Positions 13,856-26,804 of a DNA stretch of 64,000 bases are shown here, piece by piece. This stretch comes from Blepharisma stoltei ATCC 30299 (lineage: Eukaryota; Protista; Ciliophora). The translations under genes were made by a program, and so were the position numbers. The notes below the pieces were generated by a model. That model worked only from the letters and a program-made list of their open reading frames with translations, was not told the DNA's origin and made no database searches. Location: positions 682,001 through 746,000 of the forward strand of contig CBFDEM010000002.1 of NCBI GenBank assembly GCA_965603825.1, written 5' to 3'. Within the stretch, counting starts at the first letter, position 1; every line of letters starts with the position of its first letter.

Positions 13856-14829
13856 TTAAATTCTCCAATTTTTTTCCAAACATATTCATTGTCATAATCG
13901 CTTTCTCACATACATAATTCTTTGTTTAAAAGGCACTGCTGAACTAGATGTACAATGCCAGCTAGGCAAAGGAGGTAGCGAGGACCATTTATTTTTTATC
14001 AAATCAAATTTTCGATTATCATTTTCTGCTCCAAAAATAGAGGGAAATGGACCTTGAGAAGTTTTATTCACCTTAAGGCGTGCAAGTCCACCAAATATAT
14101 AAACATTTTGCTGATAATAAAAGATTCCTGATCTATTACTATAGGTAGTAGGTGGTAAAATTCGCTTGATTTCATATGAATTTAAATCAATTATAAAAGC
14201 ATAACCAAGATCCTTCTTTTTTCCGATACAAAATAGCTCTTTGTTGGGGAGTTGAACAACGTTGACTTCATCATTGGTTGAAAACTCAGATAAATTAATG
14301 TTTATTTTTGCTTGTTGAGACTTTTCTATGTTGTATACAACAATTTCAGTTTTATCCATTTGAATGCTCATAGAATAAAGGAATTTTGGGTCTTGATAGA
14401 TATATGGAGAAAAAGACTCAGAAATTAGAGCTTCTATGGCCTCTTTAAATCTACTAGAAAAATTAGCATAGACTTCAACATATTTCAAATAAGCATTCAT
14501 AACTTCCTGATTTGCTTGTAGTAAAGTGGTTAATTTTGGATCATTTGATAGGAAGAACTTGTATTTTTAAATTCTTTGTCTACTTCTTCTTTAAGTTTTT
14601 CTAATTTTTCAATAATTGGATTTTTGTCCTCGTAAAATTGAATTTTGAGAGAGTTTTGGGCTTTTTGGTTTACTTCATTTAGTGCAAGCTCAATCGATAA
14701 GATATCATCAGTTCTTTTTCTTAATAATTTTATTTGGCTTTTTGCTTGCCTGATGTTCTTTCCCTTAGTATCTGAATGAGCACCTTGATTATCGCTTCTC
14801 TTTATGCCAACTGTGCCAATATTTCCCAT
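13856..14829 (-). pseudogene. Kelch-like family copy K10, 1-nt deletion at ~14546
   Basis: ORFs 14530..14829 and 13892..14500. ggatcatttgata here versus ggatcattttgata in paralogs. Confidence 0.8.
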
Positions 14830-15289
14830 TATTAACAGAATAGGTGCATCAGGGCAGCATTGACATTTTGATGTTAAAGCATATGCTTAAAAAATATATA
14901 AGCTTAGAAATAAGAAAAATAAAAAATTCGATTATAAATTTAGTATCAAAACTAATACCATCCCATCTTTATATTTAAATAATAAATTAGCCATTCTAAT
15001 CTTTTATTTTATATCATAATCACCATAAAATGATGGCTCATTTATCTTTAAGTTGCGCTTGCTTATGAAGGTTTTGAGGTAAGATATAGTCAATTTGTTT
15101 CGTAAGCACTGAATCTCTTTCGCTTAAGTTCTGTATAAGAGCAATCATATTTAGCACGAAATTGTTAGAATTCCTTAAAGGTATATATGGATATTAGTAA
15201 ATAATTCAAGGACAATACATATAGTTTCTTGGATGATTGAAGAATGCACATAATTTGTCAAGGAAACCATAGGAACTCAAGGCAGACGC

Positions 15290-15780
15290 CCACCTATGAT
15301 GTAAACACTACTCTTATAGTAAAAAATTCCTGATTTGCTGGAATACAGTATAGACGGTACAGTTCGCTTTATTTGATATGAATTCAAATCAATAATTCAG
15401 GCATGGCAACGGTTTCTGTCGGATTTCCCAAAGCAAAACAATTCATTGTTAGGAAGTTGAACTACGCTGGCTTCGTCTCTAATTGGTAGAGTAGGCAGAT
15501 TAATATTGACTTTTGTAAGCTGAAATTTTTCTATGTCATATTGAATAAGTTCAGCCGGATTTGCATGACTGTTGACAGAATAAAGAATTTTAGAATCTTC
15601 ATAGGAATATGGAGAAAAAGATTTGTCTATAAGGCATTTTATTTTTTTTCGAATATTTATAGAGAATTCTCTATATGTTTCTGTATACTTTAAATAAATA
15701 TTGCTAATTTCTTCGTCTGCTTTTAGTAATTGCATGAAGTTTATATCATTTTGATAAGAAGCATTTATATTTGAAATTTA
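15290..15780 (-). pseudogene. Kelch-like family internal fragment K11 (K5-like)
   Basis: ORF 15397..15735 continues through TGA to VYIIGG; both ends are missing. Confidence 0.75.
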
Positions 15781-16746
15781 TTGGCAATCTAAATGATTAT
15801 TATTGAGAAGTCTCCTTTAGGTCATATGCCATTAATCTATTGCATTATCACTTCATCAGTCCATGCACAACCTACGCTATGCTACTCTTTCAAAAAGGGC
15901 CTCATGGTATCTAGAACAGAGGATTTAGTTCATCGTTCTGTCCGTCAATGCAGATTGCCTGGTTATTCGTTTTCCTATTCATATATAAAATAGAAAAAAT
16001 AGCAATGCCACAGCTTTTTGCTTCTTTAAAAATTTATAATTTAGGATATGCAAAATTAAATCAAATTGAATGCAATAATTTATCTGAAAATAAGCGAGCT
16101 TTACTCTTGATTTTATCTTTAAAACTTTGAATTTCTTTAAATTTCTTTTTTTTTCCAAATCGAGTTTAAAATATGAATTTTTATAGAATAACTATTAATG
16201 ATTCAAAAAAAACTCTTCTCATATTCTCAATTCTCTGAATTTTTTATTTGGTAATGCATTTATAATCAATCTATTTATTTTGTAAATATTTCCTATCGGG
16301 GACGCTTTCCCATATACTAAATCATGCTTCCAATAAATAAACTCTGAATTCCTAGTATTCTGGTTTTGCAAAATTTCTAAAACTATGTCGTATACATATA
16401 TACACTTTTACACTCATATTCTATTTCCTGTAATAATGGCTTTGTAAAAAGGCACTGGAGAGCATAAAGTCAATAAAATTGGAACGGTTGCAGAAATGCT
16501 TATGCTAAAAATAATAATTTCTTTATGTTTCAAGAAATGTAGCTTGGCTCTAAAAGTTTATAATGTTTTGGAAATGTTTAAGAATTGATAATATAAATAA
16601 TTTCCTTTTAGCTTTGAATTGAAAGAAAATGTTTTTAAATTTCTATTTTTTGGTAAGAAAATATTTATTATAGTTTAGAGTCCAGAAAAATTTTTAATGA
16701 CTTTAATGATTTTTAATGGCATATGGGCCCATAATAATAGTTTATT

Positions 16747-19161
16747 ATGAAATCTTGGAGAGCTGGTGAAGCAGAGCAAAAAGTCCTTTGCATCCTTTTC
16801 CCCAAAGATTTAAAAGATCGCCTTGAAAGTCTAAAACAAGAATTTATTGTGCAGTCTAGGGTTTCTAACATAGAAATTAAAGACTCTCATTTCGATAACG
16901 CTATTGAAGTCTTAATAATTGGTGATCGCAATACAATTGTTTCAGCATGCAGCGTTATTTTTAGCAGCTTTATCCCTGATCCGTTAAGCGAAACAAGGAT
17001 GGATATACTTGTTCCCGAAAAAAGTGTGGGCAAAATTATAGGCAAAAAGGGAAAGAATATAGAAATGATTCGTCAAAATACAGGAACAAATATAATTTTT
17101 GCTAAATATTCTACTGCTTTAAAAGTAGGAAAAATTGATGGTACATTTGAAGGAATCCTTAAAGCAGTGCAACAAATAATTGATATAATTTACGAAAAGC
17201 CTAAAAGATCAGGCAGCGTGAATTTCGGGAAATAAGGGAAGATGGAAACGGAGGAAGAAATAACAAAAATGATGACAGTTCCTCAAAGTGCTGTAGGATG
17301 GATTTTAGGAAAACATAAGGCCGGACTTCAAAATTTAAAAGATATGTCTGAATGTGATATTACATTAATTGATTCTGCAAGCGTAAATACAGGAGTAGAC
17401 GAAATGAGAATTTTTCAAATAAAAGGACTACCTAACAAGGTAGATATTGCTATTAAATTAATACAAGCAGAGGCTAGCACATTCAAGCTACAAGAGATCG
17501 AAAAGAAGTCAAAATCAAAGAGTAAAATGCAGGTGAAGAAAAAAGGAAATGAATCTAGTGAATCAGAAGAAAACGAAGAAGAAAACAAAGAAGAAGAAAA
17601 GCAAATTGAGGCTGAGCAGGAGATTGAGGAAGAAGAAAAATTTATTCCGTTTATAGAAGATAAAACAAAACTTAATATCCCAAGTAATCAAAAAGTCGTT
17701 TCGCTAATCATTGGGCAAACAGGATCTGGAAAATCCACATTTATCAACTATCTCACCAACTTTTTCAGAAAAGGGACTCTCGAAAATAGAAAAGTAGCAA
17801 TACCTACTAGAAATTTTCCACAAACTGAAATAGATTTTAATCACACAGAAAGACTGGTAAGTTCAGATCATTCTCAAACCAATAATTGCTGTGCATATGA
17901 TTTTATTGACGATCAAAGTTCAAGCACTTTCACCTTTATTGACTCTCCTGGTATAGGGGATACTAGAGGTGTTGAGCAAGATGACAAAAATATTAGAAAA
18001 ATAATAGATGGGGTTTTAAATTATCAACAGATCAATGCAATTATAATTGTTCAAAATGGAAGTGAATCTAGAAATAATGCAACTTTAAAGTATACCTTGA
18101 AAAAGCTTAGAAACTCTCTTCCAGCACTTATGGAAACTAATATAATGCTTGTCCTTACAAGCTGCCCAATTAGTTCAAACTTTAATGATGCCTCTTTAGA
18201 AATAATTCCCAAAACAAAAATTCTGATGGACAACAATGCTTTTACTGTTGAAAACATACAAAATCTTAAGGAGAATCAGCGAAATCAATTGCAACTAAGC
18301 TGGGATAACTCTATGTCACAAATCAAAGAGCTATTAGAATTTATCTGCTTAATGGATACCGTAGACACAAAAGTATTTCAAGAAATGATTGATGAAGTAA
18401 ATATTGCAAAAGAAAATTTCGATTACGCACAAAAGTATCTTACTAACCTTTACAGTTTAAAGAAAAAGCTAGAAGAAGTGAGAGAACAAAAAGGTGCATC
18501 ATTGCAAGAGGCTAGAGCATATCAGAATTATATAAAAACAGAAACAGTTGAACAGATTGAATGGGTTGATAACCCAGATGTTCACAGAGTTTGCCCCACT
18601 TATAGTTCGTCAGGTAGTTCAAACGGAATAAAACGCATCCAAAAAAAAAGAAAGGTAACAACAAAAATGGTCACACGTAAATATAAGAAACCTGGTACAT
18701 GCAAAATGTGCAGATTAAACAAATCTGACCATTATCATACTCGAAGAGTTCCAGTGAGGGTTGTAAGATCAGTTGCAAGTATTCTCAATAATGTTAGACG
18801 AAATATTCCAGAAAAAATTCAAAAAAAAGTTCAAAAATCAGTTCAAAAAATTGACTATGATGCTAAGGCAAAGCATGAGAGGAATTTAGAAAGAGCTAAC
18901 CAGTTACAAAATCAGGAATCTGGTTTTGAAAGAGATATAAGATTAGTAGAAATCTCTATAGAAGATACGAAAATGAAAATTAGGACTGCAGTTCAGAATT
19001 TGAGAAGAGTTGCTCCGCATTATAATATTGCCGAAGAGATTGATGGGGTTCTGCAGCAGGCAAAACAACAGCTGAAAATAGATAGTCTGCCAAAAGAAAG
19101 AGATAAAACAAGGATTGTTATAAGAGTGCTTGAAGAAATTTATAATAATCTTTTAGGATAA
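16747..19161 (+). CDS. KH-KH-KH + AIG1/GIMAP-septin-clade GTPase + coiled coil, copy G1; split by an in-frame TAA at 17233
   Basis: KH motifs ILVPEKSVGKIIGKKGKNI and VPQSAVGWILGKHK. G1 GQTGSGKS, G2 SQT, G3 DSPG, G4-like VLTS. Collinear with intact G2, where GGG GAA AAA aligns with GGG AAA TAA here. Confidence 0.85.
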
Positions 19162-19722
19162 AAATTTCTTTCCTTATAACTATTGCTATTTACTTCACTA
19201 ATGAAATTATATTGTTAAATATTTTTTTATACTTCTTTATGGCACTTTTATTGATATTCTAATCTTAATCTCTTTATTCCCTTTTTAAATTTTATGATAA
19301 AATATTTAAAAAGCATAAGATAAAAACAAATATCTGTTATAAATTTAGTATCATCACTAATGCCAATTATTAGTCTCATCTTTATATTTATATAATAAGT
19401 TAACCATTCTAATCTTTTAATTTATATTATAATCATCATAAAATTGATGGCTCATTTATCTTTTGGTTGCATTTGCTAATAAAGGTTCTGAGATAAGATA
19501 TAGCCAATTTGTTTTATGAAAACTCAATCCCTTTCGATTAAGTTCTGCATAAGAGCAATCATACTTAGCACCAAATTGCTAGAATTCCCGAAAGGCATAT
19601 ATCATCACTGGAATTTAGCATATTTACATAAAAATAAATTACTGTTATTCTATAGAAAAATGACAAAAATGATCTCTTTTGAGAGCTGATTGATTAAAAC
19701 CAGAACATTTTCATAAATATAA

Positions 19723-20457
19723 TTAAATCTTATTCTTAGCTCCACCAAATATATAAATATTTTGCTGATAATAAAATATTCCTGATCTATTATTATAAGT
19801 AGTAGGTGGTAAAATTCGCTTGATTTCATATGAATTTAAATCAGTTATAAAAGCATAGCCAAGATCCTTCTTTTTTCCGATACAAAATAGCTCATTGTTG
19901 GGGAGTTGAACAACGTTGACTTCATCATTGGTTAAAAACTCAGATAAATAAATGTTTATTTTTTCTTGCTGAGATTTTTCTATGTCGTATACAACAAGTT
20001 CAGTTTTATTCATTTGACTGCTCATAGAACAAAGGAATTTTGGGTCTTGATAGATATATGGAGAAGATGATTCAGAAATTAGAGCTTCTATGGCCGCTTT
20101 AAGTCTACTAGAAAAACTAGCATACACTTCAGCATATTCCAAATAAGCACTCATAGCTTCCTCATTTGCTTGCAGTAAATCTATTAATATTGGATCATTT
20201 TGATAGGAAGAACTTGTATTTTTAAATTCTTTTTCTAATTCTTCTTTAAGTTTTTCTAATTCTTCAATAATTGGATTTTTGTCCTCGTAAAATTGAATTT
20301 TAAGAGAGTTTTGAGCTTTTTGGTTTACTTCATTTAGTGCAAGCTCAATCGATAAGATATCATCAGTTTTTATTCTTAATGCTTTTATTTGGTTTTTTTC
20401 TTGCTTGATATCTTGATCATTGCTTCTCTTTATGTCTGCTGTCTCAATATTTTCCAT
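19723..20457 (-). pseudogene. Kelch-like family copy K12, truncated after IYIFGG
   Basis: Highly similar to K13/K14, then a deletion runs into 3' flank sequence. Confidence 0.7.
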
Positions 20458-21406
20458 TATTAATAGAATACAATAAAATCTGAAATTAATTAATTTACAT
20501 ATTTTTATTTTTTAGAAAATAAGAAATATCAATTTTGATTTGCGTTCAAATAAACTATAAAAAACTCCAGTATAATTTTAATTAGCTTTACTTTTGCATT
20601 GAGCTATTTTTGATTTTATTTAACGATGCTAACTCACTTGAACATTTATTTCTGGTGCATGACTCTGAGTTGATTTAAGCTATTTTCAATAATTGAGTGT
20701 GAAGTATTGTGCAGTATTGTTTGCTTTTATAATTGTAAAGTGTGAGATGAATTTATGATGTGAAATTGTAGTTTTATGTATTCCGTAAGGATTGTTATGT
20801 AATCTTGCCATACTAATGTGATAATAATCTATCGCTATTCTAATAAAATTAATATAATGGGAAAGATTAAAAGCTTTGTAGCATGCAATTATTTAGTGCT
20901 ATTTTTAAGGTTTATTTTGATATCATAATCATCATAAAATTGATGGCTCATTTATCTTTTAGTTGCGCTTACTTATGAAGGTTCTGAGATAAGATATAGT
21001 CAATTTGTTTTGTAAACGCTCCATTTCGCTTAAGTTCTGCATAAGAGCAATTATATTTAGCACCAAATACCTAGAATTCCCGAAAGACATATATCATCAT
21101 TAAAATTTAGCATATTTACATAAAAATAAATTACTGTTATTATATAGAAAAAAGACAAGAATGTTTCTTTTGAGAGCTGATTGATTAAAACCAAAATATT
21201 TTCACAAATATAATTAAATTTTATTCCAAGAAATAAAGAATTATTAATCGTATTCATAATGATGACTTAATTGAACGCTTGGACCTTCAAATTTTTGGAT
21301 TTCCTTTAATTCTTTTTTCTTCAAATCGAACTCGTAATATAAAAACTTGCTTGGATAGGAATAGATATCATAAACTCCCAAATATACTTTATTTTTGTTT
21401 ATAATC

Positions 21407-22417
21407 CTATATGGCTGAGCTGTAAATAAGCTTCCACCAAATTTTCCAATTTTTGTCCAAACATATTCATTGTCATAATCGCTTTCTCACATGCATAATC
21501 CTCTGCTTAAAAGGCACTGCTGAACTAGATGTAGAATGCCAACTAGGTAAAGGAGGTAGCGAGGACCATTTATTTTTTATTAAATCAAATTTTCGATTAT
21601 CATTTTGTGCTCCAAGAATAGAGGGAAATGAAAATGGACCTTGAGAAGTTTTATTCACCTTAAGCCGTGTAAGTCCACCAAATATATAAACATTTTGCTG
21701 ATAATAAAAAATTCCTGATCTATTACTATAGGTTGTAGGTGGTAAAATTCGCTTGATTTCATATGAATTTAAATCAATTATAAAAGCATAACCAATGTCC
21801 TTCTTTTTTCCGATACAAAATAATTCTTTGTTGGGGAGTTGAACAACGTTGACTTCATCATTGGTTAAAAACTCAGATAAGCCAATGTTTATATTTACTT
21901 GTTGAGACTTTTCTATGTCGTATACAACAATTTCAGTTTTATCCATTTGACTGCTCATAGAATAAAGGAATTTTGGGTCTTGATAGATATAAGGAGAAAA
22001 AGACTCAGAAATTAGAGCTTCTATGGCCGCTTTAAGTCTACTAGAAAAACTAGCATAAACTTCAACATGTTCCAAATAAGCACTCATAGCTTCCTCATTT
22101 GCTTGCAGTAAATCTATTAATATTGAATCATTTTGATAGGAAGAACTTGTATTTTTAAATTCTTTTTCTAATTCTTCTTTAAGTGTTTCTAATTCTTCAA
22201 TAATTGGATTTTTGTCCTCGTAAAATTGAATTTTGAGAGAGTTTTGGGTTTTTTGGTTTACTTCATCTAGTGCAAGCTCAATCGATAATATATGATCAGT
22301 TCTTTTTCTTAATGCTTTTATTTGGTTTTTTGCGTGCTTGATATTCTTGCCTTTAATATCTGAATGAACAGCTTGATTATCGCTTCTCTTTATGTCAGCT
22401 GTCTCAATATTTTCCAT
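21407..22417 (-). CDS. Kelch-like family copy K13; last blade in the +1 frame
   Basis: Supplied 314-aa ORF extended through TGA=Trp to TAG at 21407. Confidence 0.75.
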
Positions 22418-23353
22418 TATTAATAGATTATAATAAAATCTGAAACTAATTAATTTACATATTTTTATGCTTTAGAAACTAAGAAATATCAATTTTGATT
22501 TGCGCCAAATAAACTATAAAAAACTCCAGTATAATTCTAATTAGCTTTACTTTTTGCATTGAGCTGTTTTTGATTTCATCTAACGATGCTAGCTCATTTG
22601 AACATTTATTTCTGCTTCATGACTTGAGTTGATTTAAGCTATTTTCAATAATTGAGTGTGAAGTATTGTGCAGTATTGTTTGCTTTTATAATTGTAAAGT
22701 GTGAGATGAATTTATGATGTGAAATTGTAGTTTTATGTGCTCCGTAAGGATTGTTATAAATCTTGCCATACTAATGTGATAATAATCTATAGGCATTCTA
22801 ATAAAATTAATATTATGTGAAAGATTAAAAGCTTTGTAGCATGCAATTATTTAGTGCTATTTTTAAGGTTTATTTTTTAGTTGCATTGCTAATGAAGGTT
22901 AAGATAATATATAGTCAATTTATTTTGAAAACACTCAATCCCTTCGCTTAAGTTCTGCATAAGAGCAATCATACTTAGCATCAAATACCTAGAATTCCCG
23001 AAAGACATATATCATCATTGAAATTTAGCATATTTACATAAAAATAAATTACTGTATTTTATAGAAAAGAATAAGAATGATTTCTTTTGAGAGCTGATTG
23101 ATTAAAACCAAAATATTTTCACAAATATAATTAAATTTTATTCCAAGAAATAAAGAATTATTAATCGTATTCATAATGATGACTTAATTGAACGCTTGGA
23201 CCTTCAAATTTTTGGATTTCCTTTAATTCCTTTTTCTTCAAATTGAACTCGTAATATATAAACTTGCTTGGATAGGAATAGATGTCATAAACTCCCAAAT
23301 ATACTTTATTTTTGTTTATAATCCTATACGGCTGAGCAGTAAATAAGCTTCCT

Positions 23354-24316
23354 TTAAATTCTCCAATCTTTGTCCAAACATATTCATTGTCATAATCGCT
23401 TTCTCACATGCATAATTCTTTGCTTAAAAGGCACTGCTGAACTAGATGTGCAAAGTTCACTTGGTAAAGAAGGCAGTAAAGACCATTTATTTTTTATTAA
23501 ATCAAATTTTCGATTTTCATTTTCTGCTTCGAGAAAATCTTGAGAAGTTATATCCACCTTAAGCTCTCCAAGTCCACCAAATATATAAACATTTTGCTGA
23601 TAATAAAATATTCCTGATCTATTATCATAGGTAGTAGGTGGTAAAATTCGCTTGATTTCATATGAATTTAAATCAATTATAAAAGCATAACCAAGATCCT
23701 TCTTTTTTCCGATACAAAATAATTCTTTGTTGGGGAGTTGAACAACGTTGACTTCATCATTGGTTGAAAACTCAGATAAATCAATGTTTATTTTTGCTTG
23801 CTGAGACTTTTCTATGTCGTATACAACAATTTCAGTTTTATCCATTTGACTGCTCATAGAATAAAGGAATTTTGGGTCTTGATAGATATAAGGAGAAAAA
23901 GACTCAGAAATTAGAGCTTCTATGGCCTCTTTAAGTCTACTAGAAAAACTAGCATACACTTCAACATATTCCAAATAAGCATTCATAGCTTCCTCATTTG
24001 CTTGCAGTAAATCTATTAATATTGAATCATTTTGATAGGAAGAACTTGTATTTTTAAATTCTTTTTCTAATTCTTCTTTAAGTTTTTCTAATTCTTCAAT
24101 AATTGGATTTTTGTCCTCGTAAAATTGAATTTTGAGAGAGTTTTGGGCTTTTTGGTTTACTTCATCTAGTGCAAGCTCAATCGATAAGATATCATCAGTT
24201 TTTTTTCTTAATGCTTTTATTTGGTTTTTTGCTTGCTTGATATTCTTTCCTTTAATATCTGAATGAACAGCTTGATTATCACTTCTCTTTATATCAGCTG
24301 TCTCAATATTTTCCAT
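23354..24316 (-). CDS. Kelch-like family copy K14; last blade in the +1 frame
   Basis: Supplied 308-aa ORF extended through TGA=Trp to TAA at 23354. Confidence 0.75.
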
Positions 24317-25326
24317 TATTAATAGAATATAATAAAATCTGAAATTAATTAATTTACATATTTTTATGCTTTAGAAATTAAGAAATATCAATTTTGATTT
24401 GCGCTTAAATAAACTATAAAATACTCTAATATAAATTTTTATAGTTGCTTAGCTTAAACTTTTTGTAGCGAGCTGTTTTTATTTCTTCTAGCAGTGCTAA
24501 CTCATTTGAAACTTTTGTTTACTGCTGATGCATGACTCTGAGTAGATTTAAGCTATTTTCAATAATTGAATGCTAAGTATTGTGCAGTATGATTTGCTTT
24601 TATAATTGTAAAGTGTGAGATGAATTTATGATGTGAAATTGTAGTTTAATGTATTCCGTAAGGATTGTTATTATTAACTTGCCATACTAATGTGATACTA
24701 ATGTATCGCTATTCTAATAAAATTAATATGATGGGAAAGCGTTGAAAGCTTTGCTGCATGCGATTATTTAGTGCTACTTTTAAGGTTCATTTTGGATAAA
24801 CATAAAATAACTATTTATTCATTCGAAGGTGGTATTTTGGTGCAACGAACTCCCAACGATTAGCTTGGCCTAAAGGTGAGTTTCCATGACTATTTCCTCT
24901 CAGTATTCCCTTTGAAGTAAGTTTTGTAAGAACTATCATATTTTGAAAATAAAATTACAGCTATTCTATGGAACAAAGAGGAACCTAATCTCTTTTCAAG
25001 CTTATTTGGCTAAAACCATACCTAATTTCATATATATCTATAATTAAATCTTGGAAGTAGTATAACGCATTTCCTAATTCCTATAATTAAATCTAATTTA
25101 AAGAATAAAAATTATTAGTCACAAGAATAATCGAAACTTAATTGAGCACTTATGCTATCGAAACTTGAATTTCCTTTAATTCTTTCCCCCACATTGAACT
25201 CAAAATATAAAACTTACTTGTACTGAATAGATGTCATAAACTCTGAAAGATACATTTATCTTACTCATACCTTATATAACAATCTAAATTTGCTACTATT
25301 TAATAATCGTAATAATAAGGCAAAAT

Positions 25327-26594
25327 TTAAAATTTCGTACACTGTAAATAAGCATATAAATTTATATGATAATTTAAATCAAATTGAATGCAATTATTTA
25401 TCTGAAAATAATTAAGCTCTACCCTCAATTCCTTAAATTCCTTTTTTTCTAAATCGAATTCGAAATAGGAAAATTTTTTATTAGAATATTTATCAATGCA
25501 CCCAAAATAAATTCTTCTACTATTTTCAACTCTATAATATTGTCCATCTGGAAATCCCATATATAATCAATCTATTTTATTTCACACATATTCGCTATAG
25601 GGTTCGCTTTCCCATATACTCCATCATTTTCTAATAAATAAACTCTTGAATTTCCAGTCAGAAGTAAAATTCTGGTATTCTCTAATCTGAAATCTATTTT
25701 TGAAAAACTTTCTAAAGATATGTCGTACTCGTATATATAGTTTTTAGACTCGCTTCCTGCGATAAGGACTTTGGTTTTAAAAGGCACTGCAGAAAATGAA
25801 GTCAATAGATTTGGGATTGATGGCTGAACTATTCATCTATTCGAAATTAAATCAAATCTTTGAATGAGAGTCTTTTCTTCAGAAGATCTTGTGAAGGGGT
25901 TTTCCTCCAATAATATAGACACTTCGCTGGCGATGGTAATAAATATTCCTGATTTATAGTTATAGTAGGTTAAAGGTAAAACTCGTTTTATTTTGTATGA
26001 ATTTAAGTCAATGGTGCATGCGATACAATATATTTTATTTATTCCTAAGAAAAATAATTCATTGTTTGGAAGGAGGACTGTCATGATATCATTTATTACT
26101 ATCTTATCAAAGCCAATATTTATTTTCTTTTGCTGTGATTTTTCTATATCAAATTGAATCAATTCAACGCCACAGACCATATTATCAAATAAATAAAGAT
26201 ATTTAGTATCCTCATATATATAAGAAGAAGAACTAGCTTTTAGGCTTTGTATCATTTCATTAATTTTTCTAGAGTAATCGTTATAAGCTTCAATATATTT
26301 AGAATAAATATCCCTAATTTCTTTTTCTGTTTTAAATAAATATATCAAATTTCAATTTGTTTGATAAGAAGTTTTTATATTTCAAAATATTTTTTCTGAG
26401 CTCTCTTTAAGTGTTTCTAATTTATCTAGTTTTATATTGTTGCTGCCATAAAATTCAAGCTCATTTGATTTTTGGCTTCTTCTTTCCAAAACAAGTTTTC
26501 TTGATTTGATGTTAGCAATTTTGAGTTTAAAGAACTTAAGTTCTTTTAATTTAAGCTCAGTATAAGCATTGCTGCTTTTTGAATTGCTAATCAT
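25327..26594 (-). pseudogene. Divergent full-length Kelch-like copy K16 with several frameshifts, head-to-head with G2
   Basis: Four consecutive ORF pieces carry VLLPNNELFFLG, RFDLISNR(W), VPFKTKVLIAG, GNSRVYLLE and YFEFDLEKKE. Confidence 0.8.
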
Positions 26595-26804
26595 TTATAT
26601 ATTTTTCAATAAATGTTTTATATTTTTATTCCTCTTTAAGCTAAAATCATAAATTTTTTAAGTTTTGGAAATATAGGCTAGCTCGAAAAGCGTAAATTTC
26701 TTAAAGGATTTTTATAAAAAAACACTTTTAAATAAAATTTATAAAATATTAAAAAAATTTATTATTGAGAAAAATATTATAGAATTCCATATAATTAATT
26801 TATT

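Larger units (their letters stand above)
19500..24800. repeat. Three tandem ~1.9-2.0 kb units, each a Kelch gene plus conserved spacer
   Basis: Starts at 20457, 22417 and 24316. The spacer gatttaagctatttt...gtgtgagatgaatttatgatgtgaaattgtag recurs at ~20670, ~22630, ~24545 and also ~11865. Confidence 0.85.

Noticed and set aside
17218-17241. Intron removing the TAA in G1
   Set aside because: The only GT-AG options are 19 or 24 nt, lack GTAA, and the segment aligns with coding sequence in G2.
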